Shown here piece after piece: positions 13,471 through 28,099 of a stretch of 64,000 nucleotides of DNA. The DNA comes from the human T2T-CHM13v2.0 reference genome, Homo sapiens: NCBI RefSeq assembly GCF_009914755.1, contig NC_060925.1; one strand, 5' to 3'. The notes beneath the pieces are model-generated. The model saw nothing but the letters and a program-made list of their open reading frames with translations. It did no database searches and was not told the origin of the DNA. The position numbers and the translations under genes were made by a program. Within the stretch, counting starts at the first letter, position 1. Each line of letters starts with the position of its first letter.

Positions 13471-14628
13471 GCATTGTGAAGAACATACAGTATTTAACAG
13501 TTCTTAAAATACTTTTCATTTTGGTTCATTGTGGTATTTTTTTTCTTGTTATTCTAGCCTGTTATGTTGTTAAGTATGGTGCAACATTATTTTGATGACT
13601 TATGAGTCATTTCAAAAAATAATTTTAAAATGCTCTTGGAAATTATGTGTTCCTATTATAATAAATAATCATTATCAATTATTTTTAAAATGACTATAAA
13701 TAATGCATACTGTAGCAATTCTAGAATACTTCTATTCATTGCCACTTAAAGATAATATAATTTTAAAAAAGAATAGAACTACAAAGATGTGGATCTAAAG
13801 AAGATATTGAGGGCCCCTTCCTCATCTCTAGCTACATTCTCTCCCCACTATCAGTTCTTGATAACTTTCAAAAGGATCATTTACCTCAAGGGACAAGCTA
13901 CAACTTTCTGTCCCTTCCACCTGCATCTTCTCCTAGAGTTCCTTCTTAGTATCTTGATTTATATTTTATTGATAATAAAAAAGTGAAGGAAGGCAGAAGA
14001 GAGACAGTGATAGATAGAGGATCAAAGAACAAACAGATGTTTGAAAAGAAGATTGTGTTCGTGTGTGTGTTTGGAAGTTTCTTTCAAACTTAATATTGCC
14101 TTTGACATTGGAAGAAAATCTATTGACAGATCTTGAGCTAATTCACTTTGCTGAATAGTAATTCTAAGCCACTCTACAGGGATTCTGTGAAATTGGTTGG
14201 TGATAGTTTAGGATGTTTCTTTAAAATAGATGATCAAGCTTTGTCAGGAAGAGGAGAGAGCCCATTGCAGCTGGGTAGAAGAGGAAAGGAGAGAACAACA
14301 TTGCACATAATTTAGGTTACATTTTCCTTTATTTTCTCAAGGATTTTGGATATCCTTTCAAAAAATAGATTAAAATCTTTTTTAGAAAAAAAAAGTCACA
14401 AATTGGAGGATAGGACTGAAGCTGATAATTCAGCCTTTGTGCACCAATATGGTATACCATCTGGAGTCCTTTCTGATTTGTCAGGTGTCTGTACTGACCA
14501 GGCAGGGCCTGCACTATTGCTAAATATTTTGAACATAACTTCTGAATATGAATGTCCCAGAAACTTCTAGTCTTGACGCTTCATGAGGACAAATGGTATG
14601 GCCTTCTTGCTCTGTCTGAAATACTTAG

Positions 14629-14997
<369 letters not shown>

Positions 14998-15607
14998 TAA
15001 TGAACAATTTGAACAAATCATCCAAGGAGTTTGAATATTCCATGAGAAAGTGGGTACGCAACTCAGTTGTGATTGTAGAGATGCCTTTAAAGCCCCCCAC
15101 CCACCGTTGTTATGCCATAAATAATTATGGTCATAGTTAATCATGACATTATTTTCTTACCTTATGGGGATAGAAATGTAGATGCTGCTTCTGAAGTTAA
15201 TTCTCAGGGTGCAACAGACATTTCTACTCTACCAGAAAGTGAGAGTGTACTATGGGCACTCTGTGGTCAGCCTGCTCCGTTTGAAAACATGATGCTCTTA
15301 TCTTAGTTTCTTTTCCCTGAAATATGTTATTAAGTTACCGGCAAATTGGAGTTGAAATTAAGGGAATGAAGGAACAAAATTTGACTTATTTTTGAACAAA
15401 ATATCCTACTTACCGTACAAATTATTTCTCTATAGTAGATGTAAAAAAAAAAAAACTAACAGTCCTATTCTAATAGCTGATTAGAATAAAGCCATATCTC
15501 CTTTTGGTTCTCCCAGCAAATTTAATCCTTTCTTTCTATTACAGAAATAATAGAAAAAATAAGGTGTATCAAGGAAAGGAATAGATTTTTGTGTCTTTGG
15601 TAGGGAG

Positions 15608-15610
<3 letters not shown>

Positions 15611-15650
<40 letters not shown>
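15611..15650. repeat. (TG)20 microsatellite
   Basis: Counted directly. Confidence 0.97.
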
Positions 15651-15654
<4 letters not shown>

Positions 15655-16806
15655 GGAGAGGCAAGGAAATGCCAAACTTAAAAGGCATTTTAAATATTAG
15701 GTCAGAAAGAAGCCTAAATTAAATTCTACACCAACAAAGACATTTGCATTCATAGGACCAAACTGGGTAAAATTAAAGCTGGAACTCAATAGATATAAAA
15801 TAACAATAATAAAATAATTGGAGGTTTTAGATTTCAATGAGGGGTCATTATATGCTCTTTCTATCAATATAATGGGCTATAAAGATGAGCTCTTGCCCAG
15901 TTATAGTTATTAAATACCACTTTTTTCCCCTAAAAATGCGATGCCTGAAGATGCTCTTTTGAGACTGTAATTTGGTTGATGACATTTTGACACCTCTGTT
16001 GGGAACTCAGGTCTTCATCTCAGGGAAATTCTGCATTTTGTGTTCTAAGACCTGACCCTGACCTCACCCTGCCATGTCGCGTCTTGAAGATTTGTCTCTG
16101 TATCATTTTTCTATAAGCCTCAAAAAATTATCTGGATGAATTTCACTTTTTTGTCTTGACACTTAACATGTGGTAAGTAGACAAAAAGATTTGGGTTGAT
16201 GAATAGCAAGGGAATGCAAGAAGAAGTTTAAATCGCAAACTTGCATTCTAGTTCAAAGACCCACGCATTCCATGCTGGTGAAAGCAGACCTGAAGAAGCA
16301 CATGAATACACTGAAGTGCTTTGGGGAGGGTAAGAACAATGGAAAGGGGTTTGGCAAACATGGGATAGGAAAAAAAAAAAAAAAACTAAAGGCTGGGTTA
16401 TGACTCAAAAGCCTTATAGGAGCCAAGCAAGTAATAAAGGTGAGCAAAACGGGGCAGCAATAAAGAATAGTTTTCACTGCCTTAAATAATTATTCTCTTT
16501 CCTATCTTTCTTGAAAATGCAGACGTCTCAGTCCTTCTTCCCTCATCTATCCTTTGATAGAGAAATAAGTCCAAGAAGTATTAAGTTTCATCTTAAGAAA
16601 AATAAAAGTGTAAGCAAATGATGAGTCACTGAGAGGGCCCAGGGAGGGGAGGCTGACCCATCTAATGAAGCAGTGGCTATTTAGCTAATTGATGCTATGT
16701 AGCAAAATGGTCAAAGTGCTTCTAGAGAGTATCATCATTAAGAGAAAATGGGGATTCATTATTTTATGTAAAAATCTCCCAACTTAAAAAATATTTGCTA
16801 TGTTTT

Positions 16807-17125
16807 GGCCAGGCATGGCGGCTCACGCATGTAATCCCAGGACTTTGGGAGGCCAAGGCGGGTGGATCGTGAGGTCAGTAGCTCAAGACCAGCCTGACCA
16901 ACATGGTGAAACCCCGTCTCTACTAAAAATACAAAAATTAGCCAGGTATGGTGGTGCGCACCTGCAATCCCAGCTACTCAGGAGGCTGAGGCATGAGAAT
17001 TGCTTGAACCTGGGAGGCAGAAGTTGCAGTGGCCAAGATGGCGCCATTGCACTCCAGCCTGGGTGACAGAGCAAGACTCCATCGCACAAAAAAAAAAAAA
17101 AAAAAGAAAGAAAAAGAAAAAGAAA
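16807..17125 (+). mobile_element. AluS (Sg-like)
   Basis: Full dimeric Alu with ggatcgtgaggtcag 2-nt deletion form; A-rich tail. Confidence 0.93.
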
Positions 17126-17279
17126 TATATATGCTATATTTTAACCAAAAGGAAAGACCCTTGTGAAGGCCAATATTGTACGTATATTGTGAATCACATC
17201 TGTAGGGAAAATCTGGCCATAGGCATCAATGACATCTCTGGAAAATGGCTGACAAAAGAGAAAATTCAGAGCCACAGCC

Positions 17280-17510
17280 AGGAAAGAAGATCTAACAAAA
17301 TAGAGTGGACTTCTTCTGGACCACCCTAGATGAGAAAAGTAGCCCCATGGATGAAAGTTACCAAAAAGAATATTTCAGTGCCTCAGGGAGAAAAATAGCC
17401 TACAAAGTTAAACCTCCGTGAGTAAAACAGGTTGGCTGATGATACGACAGGTGCTCCACGATCAGCCTCTAGCTGGATGGTCTTCAGTTAGAGATCTTGC
17501 TTAGGAAATT
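17280..17510 (+). mobile_element. L3/CR1 3' fragment
   Basis: catggatgaaagttacc...atttcagtgcc...ctggatggtcttcag resembles the L3 3' consensus. Confidence 0.45.
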
Positions 17511-17674
17511 TTTCTTGGCTCCTGTGTGAGGGCTCTACCATCCTTTCTAACCAGAAAAGACAGTAACTTTAGCCTGGCTCTCAGCAGTTAAACAAAGGAA
17601 ACCACATAGCTTAAACTAAGTTTAGTTCCTTCATATTTAAAGTTTTATTTACTCAATGTTGACTTGTGTTAGGT

Positions 17675-17900
17675 AATATCTTCGTGGGCTCTGGAGTAAG
17701 ACTGCCTGAATTTCAATTGAGGCTTTATCATTATTAACTTTGTAACCTTGAATCAACAACTTAAGTTCTGGGAGTCTAAATTTCCCAATATGCAAAAAGG
17801 GTTTGGTAATAATACTTCTTTTACAGTGTTATTGGGTAGATTATATTAATACATATTAAATGATTAAAATATATAGTAATTGATTCATAAATATTAATCA
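17675..17900 (+). mobile_element. MIR
   Basis: gggctctggagtaagactgcctg...tgtaaccttg...taataatac. Confidence 0.75.
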
Positions 17901-18014
17901 GTTGTGATAAACGTAAAGTATCAGCAGCAACCATAGCAATAGCTGTGGTAGTCCTATGATGATTGGGGAGGTAATGGAAATATATTATAAATTTGGTACT
18001 TTAATATGATTCAA

Positions 18015-18105
18015 GCTACTAGAACATAAACTTTATAACAGCAGGGACTGTGTCTGTCTTATTTGTCATTTTATCCCTGTGCTATTTCAACAAGTTGTTG
18101 GAATC
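18015..18105 (+). mobile_element. L2 3' end
   Basis: gcagggactgtgtctgtcttattt. Confidence 0.6.
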
Positions 18106-19469
18106 AGTTTTTAAATCAAGGGAGATTCTACAGAGACCCTTTATAAACTACACTTGGTAGGAAGACTATAAATAATAACCATAGTGTGCCCAGGTTTTAA
18201 AACATGGAAACAAGCCATGTTTGCCTGATTTAAAGTACAGTTTAGCAGATTCTTCACATTCCTGATAAATGTATCTCAAACTTTGAAAATTCCTGTTTTT
18301 GTAGACATCAATAAAGCATTGTTTTGTGAAGTTTCATTGAAAAATATGAGACCCCTCTAGATGCCAGATAAAAGTAACCTAGCTGGTTCCATTCACTCAT
18401 AATAAGTGAGATTCAATAGCACATCTCTACTAAATCACAAATCACAGCGATGACACTAAAAATCTGTGAAGCCCAATGAGTCCCATCAACTGATCAGAAC
18501 AGACACCCAGCCAATCAGAATAGATGTCAGCCATGAGCAACCAGTAGAGATGAACTGATGGGTACTGGCTGAATATTGGCCCTACAGATCAGATGCCTGG
18601 CTCTTTGGATCATTTATTCATAAATAACTATAACCTTAAGTGTTAGATCCTCAAATGTTAAAGCTCTCCTGTTTAATCAGATATGCTTATGTGATTATAG
18701 GGTTCTATGGTAACACTTTTAATATAATACTCCACGCACACACTACCATTATTATATTTTTATCTGTTTGGGCTGAACTGATGCCCTCACCAAACAGCTG
18801 TTCCAAGATCTGAAAATGTGGACTATGTTTTGCTTGGGGCACACTTACAATTATATCCTGGAGTTCTACGTGTCCACTCCAAGAGACACTTGTTTAAAAG
18901 AGCAGAGCCTTCTATTTTCCCTCAGCAGGTCCAGTGTGTCCTGTGCCTTTTTAAGTACTTTGTTAGGATTTAAATCAACACTCTAATTACAGGCAAGAGC
19001 AGAACATTAGAAACCAATGCCAAGACTGGAGAAAGCTGTTTCTTCTCATGACCAAAAAGAGTTACACAAACTGCTCAGATCTGCTGCCCTCACTAATGTG
19101 GAGGCACAAGAGGCAGATGAGAGAATCAAACCTCCTTCCTCCCTCCTTAGCATTTGGGTTATCATTATTTCTAAATAATTGTAAAATCAACAGGATTTTT
19201 ATGGGCAACACATAGAGAAAGAGATTGGCATCAGGGGATCTAAATTGTACACTTCTTGTCACTAACAGATGATTCATTTGGGGCCATTAATATAAATTGA
19301 GATATTGTCAACATATGCTTTCTGTTTACCAAAACCTTCACCACTTAGGCTCAAGATCTATGTTGCAGACAGGACTAGACATCAGAATTGAAAGATATTT
19401 GACATTCTCTACTTTCATCTGTCTATTTTGAAAATAAATTTGGATTTGGGAAAACTGAATCATCACTAA

Positions 19470-19572
19470 CCAGTGTTTAGTAAAATTTGGTCCTCAGACC
19501 ACCTACATCAAGATCCCCTGATGTGCTTGTTAAAAATGTAGATTCAAAATCCTCAACCAAGAACTACTGATC
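19470..19572. mobile_element. MER5A (hAT-Charlie) fragment
   Basis: tggtcctcagaccacctacatc...gtgcttgttaaaaatgtagattc. Confidence 0.65.
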
Positions 19573-19574
19573 TA

Positions 19575-19660
19575 TCAGGGACTATGTCTTATCAATTTCT
19601 GTATCCCTAACTCCAAGCATGCTACTTAGCCTAGAAGTATTCAATAAGTTTGTTGAATAA
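19575..19660 (+). mobile_element. L2 3' end
   Basis: cagggactatgtcttat...ctgtatccct...tcaataagtttgttgaataa. Confidence 0.7.
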
Positions 19661-22129
19661 CATGACTTATTAATTAGTAAGATCCTGAGATAGATGAGTT
19701 GGTTGGGATTAAATTAACCAGGGCTTTGCTTTTATCCTCCTTCCCACTGATCTTCAGTTGGCAGGACTGACATAGTTGGAAAAAATGCAAGTCAAAACAT
19801 TTTCCATAGTTCCCTTTAGGCTTCCAAATTTCCATCAAGTCTGTAATCTTTAAGAGATGAAGTTAGTCTTGGAGCAGTTCTATGCTGGCTAAAACTCAAA
19901 ATAATCTAAAAGGTCTAGAGTTAAAGCCCAAACTTCAGACAAATAAAATATTCAACACCTGGTGAAGAGTGGGGAGAACTGTCTGTGTTGGAAATGCAGA
20001 ACTAAAAGTACAAGATGAAGAGGGGAGCAACCAAGAAGTGCATTTGTCACAGGTGTACACACAGGTATCCTATGTAACTGGCTAGGGCAGACCTGACCAC
20101 AAAGGAGTAGATGGCTTCTGATATGGTAGGATTTAGGTGTCAAAACCCCTCAGAAACCCTACATCGTCTCTTCCACCAGCTTTTCTTGCTCAAGCATGAA
20201 GAATCAGAATATTATGGAAATATACTTAACCACTGATTTCTATCCTAAGTCCCACAAAACTGGAGCTTACTCAATTTAACATGACGGACTGGATTAAATA
20301 AAGTTTTCATTGCATACCATCTCAGAATCTTCACTACTCCAATGGGCAAGTTAACATACCCTCGAGAATCAGCAAGTGCCATTTGTGTCTGTGTAGAGAC
20401 AGAGGTTGGTCTGCTCAACTCAGAAGTAGTAAGAAGGAGTAGGCCAAGAAGGTTGACAAAAGAAGATAGTGAAGGAGCCTCAGCCACCCTAAAACACAAG
20501 CCAGAGGGCAGCTGCTCTCATGAATGTTAGTTACTTCATGATTTCATTATGTCTTTATACAGGGCACTTCTTACAAATGACACTGCTGACAACCCTGGAA
20601 TGCTGACCCCAGTACTGTGCCCTCATTCTGTGTATCTTAATTTGAACAAACCAGGTTTGTCTCCTCAAAAGAAAAATAAAGGAGACTTCCTGGTTCCAGG
20701 AGGGAGGTGTGTTGACAACAAATCCCAGTAAAGACAACAGTGGCTCATGAAGAAACTGACCATGTGTTATCTGGAAAAAGATTATTTAATAATAGGTCTC
20801 TTTGTCTATGGGGTGGCCTGTGCTGGTTTTTCTCTTCCTGTATGTTCTGTCTCTCGCAGTGCTCCACAGTTTGACTCCTCCAGGTCATTATATACATGAA
20901 CAGAGCCAAGACACTTTGACATTCGCTTTGGGTGATAATGTACTTGAAGGGATTGGAACACACCCATGGTAGGTCCTGTCCCCGACACATACACAGTGGT
21001 ATGCCAAATACTAAAATAAAAGAAAAGAAAATGGGGGGGAGGGGGTCATGTTCAAAAGCACTAATTTAAAAGCTTTTTAATTTAAAAAAAAAAGCCAAAA
21101 TTTATCTATTTTAGCTCAGTGTCCCATCTGATCAAAGTCCAAGAACATGAACTGGGTCATAAAACAAGTAAAACACCCCAGAACGGGAGGATGAGAGGAC
21201 TGGAGAAACACTGTCGGGAAACATGCGTGCACTGATATGGCTACAAAACCATCTTGCAGTTCCCAGCTCTGGTCCCTTCCTTCCATTCACTGGGGAGTTG
21301 GCCCTTCACCCCAAGCTTTTCCACACGGCACAAGAGCAGCTTCTACCCCGTCCTTGGCATTGTCCAACCTTCCGTTGCTCTGGCTTAGACTTGTCTTCAA
21401 CCTCAACAAACCTGCTATGCCCTGCTTTTCTTACCATCTTCACTTTGTATTACATAGGTCTTCTGTGTAAGAAGGAAACGTTTATCTAGATGGTTCCAAA
21501 CCAGGTTTGAAGGGGAAGAAGCAGGATCTTACTTATTTGAATAAATGTTGTCATCATGCAAGATCTTTTATGAAGACTATTCTCTTGGTACAGCTCTTAG
21601 TGATTTACTCCTTTCCCAAAGCCTTCTTTTGCTTTTAAAGCATCTATTGGGTTGACCTGTTTTGACTGCAATACTTTTAATAAGTGATCTATGAATGACT
21701 TAACTGCGTGGGTACTGCTTAAATTCATTAGAAAATCTGGAATTGAACTTCTGTCAATTTTTCTCTTCAAACTCTTGCTAAATGGGGCTAGCATCCTGAT
21801 GTGAGAAAATGATGTGCACTTTTAAAATTGAAGTTCCCTGCAACAAATCTCTGTTGAACCAGGAATTCTACAAGCAATTGGAAGTGACACCTATTAAGCT
21901 TCTACTTACTTCATGTCAGACACTTTTACGTACCTCATCGTCTTATCTTCACCGAAACTCTTAGGGAGGTGTGTTCCCTACTTCATGGACAAGTAAACTA
22001 TGGCTTAGAGTTGGGACTCAGACACAAGTCTATGCTATTTACGCTACACAATATGGGCGCCTAGTAAGGGGTGAATCTATTATCCAGAGTCTCTCTGGCT
22101 CTACAGCTTCTCCTCTTAACCCCTGCACT

Positions 22130-22566
22130 CTAATGGCTGCTTATTTAAGCTTCCTTGGTGGAGTCCCATCACCCACACCATGAGGTCCCTCCTTAATTTG
22201 GCTTCTGCCTGCCTCTCAAGCCTCATTGTGCACCATTTATCCAATTTAGAACCATGCCCCCAACTATGTGTCGTTTTCTCAACAGGAAGTGCTGCTTCAT
22301 AGCTTTACAACATTTCTCTGTATCTACCCAGATCATTCCTATTCTTCAAGAGTCAGCTCATGTACTCATTCTGCCATGTTTACCCTGACCTCTACACCAC
22401 CAGGCAGTTAGATAATTTCTTCATTGTGTTTCCATATTCACATATGTGCCTATACCACTTGCGAGCTATGACTCTTCCAGGTTTTCTTCCTACGGATAGC
22501 ATCTCCAGGACCCAGCACAATGCCTGATGCATAGTAGGATCTCAGTAAGACTTTGTTGGCTGAATA
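22130..22566 (+). mobile_element. L2
   Basis: cctgcctctcaagcctcat...ttcaagagtcagctca...cccagcacaatgcctgatgcatagtagg. Confidence 0.75.
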
Positions 22567-24699
22567 TATGATTCTGTAGCATAAAGATCGAAGTACTGAC
22601 TCCAGCAACCTTTAAAGTTCAAAAGAGGGTTACTTCATACTGTTGTTCATTTACTTACATTTCTCATTCTTCCCAATCCTGTTTTCCTATTTTGTCAGTT
22701 CTGGCTTTGTCATAAGCCTGTAACCCCAGTTAATGCTGTTCTCATTATTTTTGTTTCTGTAGCTTAACTATACTTTCTGACATGCTTCCATCATACTTTG
22801 GGCTCCCTTTCCAGTTTCCCTGATATTGCCGTTTCAGTTCTTCATTCTTAGTTTCACTGTACATGTGAACTCCCAACACTGGTGTGGCAACAATTTTAAA
22901 TGCCCTCCCTAACTCCTCAGTTTTAACAATGCCAGCAAAAACTAATCTAATAGAAAGGGGGAAAAAATGGCTCTTCATGCATATGATTTGCAGCAAGAGA
23001 TATAAGAAAAGCCCTTCCCAGCTGGAAACAAATGTTCCCAGCTTTGGGCCCCTCACCTTGTGGCCCCAGGTGAACAGTGAACTCTTGGTGAGCAATCAGG
23101 CCTTGTAGTCTCGTAAGTATGGGAGAGCATCACTGCCCATCTCATCTCCTTCCTGGCAGATAAAACATTCTTTTGCTTCTAATTAAAAAGATTAATAAAG
23201 GAATAGAACACATCAGGCGCACATCAATCATTGCCCATGTGGTTCTTATTACTGTAATTAAAAGTTATCTTTCCCAAATTTCGGGATAAAAGTGCCATGA
23301 TCTGCAATTGAAAACACATTGTAAGTTTTACATTTGCCAACTTCATTTGTTTTTCCTCTTTACAAGAAGAATGGCAAAGCAATACTCTTATGGCTGATAT
23401 GTTTAGAGGTGTCCTTAATAGCAGTCTATCTGAAAAATGCACTTCTTTATTTCTTGAAACACCCTGAAAGAAGGTGCATTTCCCTTTTGTATTCAAAACG
23501 TATGATTGCTTATTTTTATAATTCCTATGCCTGTCTTTTCTTTTTGTTCAGCTGTCAGTGCCCTTGAAAATTCTGATATGAAAGGCATTTTTAATGACAA
23601 GTTAAAAATTTACTAAAGGCTCCACTATCATGCTTGGGCTAGAACAAAACAAACTTAATGCTTAAAGAATTTCTGTCTCCCAGAATGCATCAGCTTCCCC
23701 GAAATGGAACAAAGCACCAAGCCCCTTGATTCACCTGGAAATGTGTGTGATTCTGGGGACACTGAATCCTTTTATACAATCTGAAGGAGTGAAGTCAACC
23801 CTGGGTCAATTTCTGGGGGATTAGCAATGCAATTTCACTGCAATCAAATTTCATTAAGAACTGACAGGTCAACCAGGCACCATGGGCTTATGAGTTTATT
23901 AGGCTGCAGCCAGGGTGGGAATGGCTGGAGACATAGAAGGCGGTTCAGAAAGTTCATAGCTCTCTTTCTCTTTCTGGGTATGAGGTCTCCAGGCAAGAAT
24001 GATTCTCCTAGGAGGCCAATTGATTCTTAAGGTTTCTGGCTTTTTCTACACCAGTTTATATCCCTCTCCCTTCTTTGAATCTACAGTTCTTACTGGTATT
24101 CCTTCTCTCTCTGGCTCTTTGTACTTCCTGGTTGCTGGAAGCCTTGCTGGTTGAAATGCATGAACATTGCCTTTCCCAAGGCTCTCGGCCTTCTGACTCA
24201 AGGCTCTATCTTCTCTCTGTTTCTCTTATCTGTGTCAAAGCAGGGGGCTTGTAACAGTCTTTGCACATCTTGCATCTGCACAGTTCAAAGCAGAAGTCTG
24301 CAGCCTCAGTGTTTTTTCTTATCTACTAGGCTTCCCTGTGCAAACAAGGGCCTCAGCAGCTTCATCTACATGGCTCCTGCACAGCCCAACTTAGCACACA
24401 TTGAGATGGGGTGACCGCCTGTAAAATTCTAGTTTCTTCTATGAAAAAGTGCATACAACTCCAATTTGCACAAATCTGAATCTGCTACATAAAAACCTGA
24501 CGTTTTACTATAGGATGGAGGGACGGGGATGGTAACAAAACAATTAACATGAATAAATGACTGAATGAATAAAAAAAAAAAAACTCATGTTTTTAGCTTA
24601 TTGACACAGAGCACCCCAGGGGCCTTTGCATAAGACCAAAGTCCTTGTCCTCAAGGACTTAATCACCTATTCCAATAAGCCATTCAAATTTGTGTAGAG

Positions 24700-24930
24700 C
24701 CACATTCCCAGATTGAAATACTTCCTTTCCTAAAATCATATTATTTCAATCATTCACGTGGCACTAAGTGCAGTGCTCTTTGTATCTTAGCGTTTTGTAT
24801 TCATTCTTTCTCACCTAGGTTGTGTGTCTTTGGAGGCAGGGAGATCTGCCTTTTTTCTCTTTGGTTCCCAGCACCTTTCACAGTGTTCTCACATTGCAAA
24901 TGCTCAAAGAATGTTCACAAGGATGATGAC
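24700..24930 (+). mobile_element. L2 3' end
   Basis: ggaggcagggagatctgcc...cccagcacc...tgctcaaagaatgtt. Confidence 0.6.
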
Positions 24931-27900
24931 TTTTAGTGATTCCCACAGTGGGTAAAGTCAGAACATTACAGAGTTAGCCCAGCAGGTGGAAAGCATGCAC
25001 ATGGAAATGCCTGTAGTTATGGATAATTAATACCCTTCTGCCATGCCTGTCTGTGTCAGAGGCTGTCATCTTGGCCTCCCCTGGATTTCTCACAAGCTGA
25101 TCGTCTGTGCTCAGAGCCTCCCTTGCCTACACCAATGTACTGAGGCAATGGGGCAAAGTATGGAGTCAGAATTTCTTTCCCTGAGAAAGGATCTCAGTTT
25201 ATCTAATCAGTGCTTAGAAAAGTGCAACGGAGGAAGCAGCCAGTTAGCTGCACTTGCGGGATGGAATCTTAAAAAACCAAATTAGCATATTCATAGGAGC
25301 AGGTAACCTCTGCAGCTTTATGAAGAGAATGGAGCCTGGCCTGGGTACTAGCCCCTCTGCCAAACCCACAGGACATGGACCTAACCTCAGATGGAAAGCC
25401 AAACAGAGAGATGGAGGTCAACATTTTTTCAGCTCAGAACTAGAGTTTCCTAGTTTGGGTCCAGGGCTATAGAGAAGGACTACATATTGAATCCAGAGGC
25501 AGAGACCAAATATGCAGAAAAAGATTTTTAAAAACGGAAGAGACTCTATAATGCCAATACTTTAAATGCTCAGAGTATATTCTCCAAAGCAGTCAGTTTT
25601 TGTTATCTTGTCACCTGCTGTTTTGTTATCTTGTCATACCCCTATAGTTCTTTACTGAGGAACTTGCCTATATTGCAAGTTAAATTTTCCAAGGGAGAGC
25701 CATACATTTCAAATATTCTAGGTCTGCAAATATTTTCAATGAAATCAAATGAAAACATATCATTTGAGACCACAGATATTTTCCACATTTTTCTTTGTTC
25801 CTCTTGGATACTTTTCTAACTTATGTTTGGTTTCATCACTTTTTAAGACAAGAAAACATATCAGTGGGACAGTTAGAGCACCAGCCCAACAGAACACTCA
25901 GAAACAAGCAACAGAAGCACATTGTTTAGGCTGCAGATCCTTTTTTTACTTTTCCATATGTTGGTCTACATGGAGCTAGTGATAAGGCAGAGTGTCTGTC
26001 ACCCCGACAGCTAGTCTGGAGGCTCTTGTAGGAAAAAAAAAATACAGCACAACACATTGGTTGGAAATGGAAATGGACGTTTGGATGAAATGTTTTGTAG
26101 GTAAGAGGCTTGCTTTCCAACTAGTCTGCAAAATCCTTGAGACAGAGCCATGTACCTATCATCCATAATGCATGGCTTATTTTTAGTATACATTTACATA
26201 CAAAGTTGATTTGAAGTCCTCGATGAACACTTCTTTCCAAAAAAAGTTTACTGGCTGTTGCAGAGATACAATCTCCATTTAAACGGCATCCTTCGTGCTT
26301 TGCCTTGGTGGCTGGCCATGCATTTTAAAGACAGTTTCTCCTACCCTGTTTGAATAAGGAGTCCCACCCCCAAAACCCAAGAGCAACTTAGCGATGCTTC
26401 ATCCTGTGTCATGTTTGGCCAGGGCTACAGTTCCTTTTATCCCTTTCACTCTTTGATTATCAGGTAAGTGACACTTACACCTATGCATAACTTTCAATGT
26501 TGTATATTAAGGGCATTGTTTTCTCAGATACATATTGAAGACATGCTGTAATTCAAGATTAATAGAAGGTAACACAGATAGCAGAGGCCAAAGAGATGGG
26601 AACTTTAAATGGACCTGCAAGAAACTCCTCCTCCTCAAATGACAGCAATAAGTAAGGAAGATGAGTAATTATTGCTCTATTACCATAACCTGCCATGTTG
26701 TGGAAATGAGTTTAGTTCTAAAGTAATACTAGTAGGCTGTGGGATTCCACTCAATTTGTAGAAGTCCTGTAAAATCTAGATTTACATTCCTAATGGGTCC
26801 CAGGAACACACGAGAAATTCAACAGTAAGCCAAAACTGCTCTTGGAGAGGCCAGAGAATTCCCAGCCAGCCTGAATACACACTGACTATGTGATGGTGAG
26901 ATCTTTGCCTAGAAATCTTCCCACACCTGCTCTGACCTTCTCAAGAGTGACTTTCCAGAGCTAAGACTGGCATAGACTGGCTTTGAAGGTTTGTGAGAAA
27001 TAGGGAGCAGTGTTTCATATAGTCATACCTCATCTTTGCCATCTAAAACAGCTGCTGAACTATTGAGCCAAGGTTTAGAGAAATGGATGGGATGAGCTAC
27101 CTAGAGTTTAGTACTTGAATAAATGTTACAAAATCTATATGGTGAATACCGCTAAGTCTTCAGATATTTGAGGTATCTTTTCTAAACTTTACAATAGCCC
27201 TGAATTTGGTTTTAAGTTAGAACAAGAAAGCCACATAGGAACAATATTTCTTTTAATTTACTCCATGCTATGAGATTACACGGGGAGCAGATGAAGGCAG
27301 AATAATAGAGTTCAAAATATTGTATTTCAAGAACAAGAAATAGTGTTTAGCAGGACTTCTGAACATTTTGAACATGTCTAAAAGCAAAAAACAAGAGCCT
27401 AACCTAAACATTAAACATTAGGAGAAGGTTATTTATTCAGATCTCTGTTTCATGTTACACAAATAAATAATAAACAAGGGTGCTGGGTTTTCAAATAGGA
27501 TGCATTCTGCATTACGAATTTAGATGCAAATGTGGTGTGATGATCATCAGTGTTTATCATTTTACCATCATGATATAGGCTATAGCTTGTAGGCAAACTG
27601 CCTTAGAAAAATGGGCTTCTCCAGCTTCTCCTGCTCCCCAAGAGGAACCACAGAAGCAAACTAAGCTTTTTCTTCAGTTTTCTAGACAGACCATCAATAA
27701 TAGAGTGTAGAACAGTGAAGGGCCCCCAAAGCAAACTCACTGTGGCCTGGGTAATGTGAACCCTCATCATTTTGATGATGCCGTTTTGAGAGAGATTTGT
27801 TATGCTGCCTATGTTTCATTTCCAACTGATCTGCTGTGACCCATTTGAACTGACCAGGGACAATAGCCAGCACCTGAAATACAAGCATCTCACTTCATTC

Positions 27901-28099
27901 ACTGAAATAGGGCCCTCAAGAGCCAGAAATTCTACTGGTTTCATTGCTTACTGGCTTGTAGTGCAGGTTGGGTAATGTAGAAGTAGACTAATGCTAAGGA
28001 AACTGGTAGCTGGATTAGTTAACATTATTCTCCTCCTTCCTCTTCTCTTTTCTTCTGCAATTCCTTGACAAAAGCTTTTTTAATGGCTCAGACAAACCA

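Noticed and set aside
20495-20515. CTCF site (aagccagagggcagc)
   Set aside because: The 3' part fits, but the two conserved 5' C positions are A.
27770-27832. C/D-box snoRNA (tgatga...ctga)
   Set aside because: Short, lacks a terminal stem and a recognisable guide; such motif pairs arise by chance.
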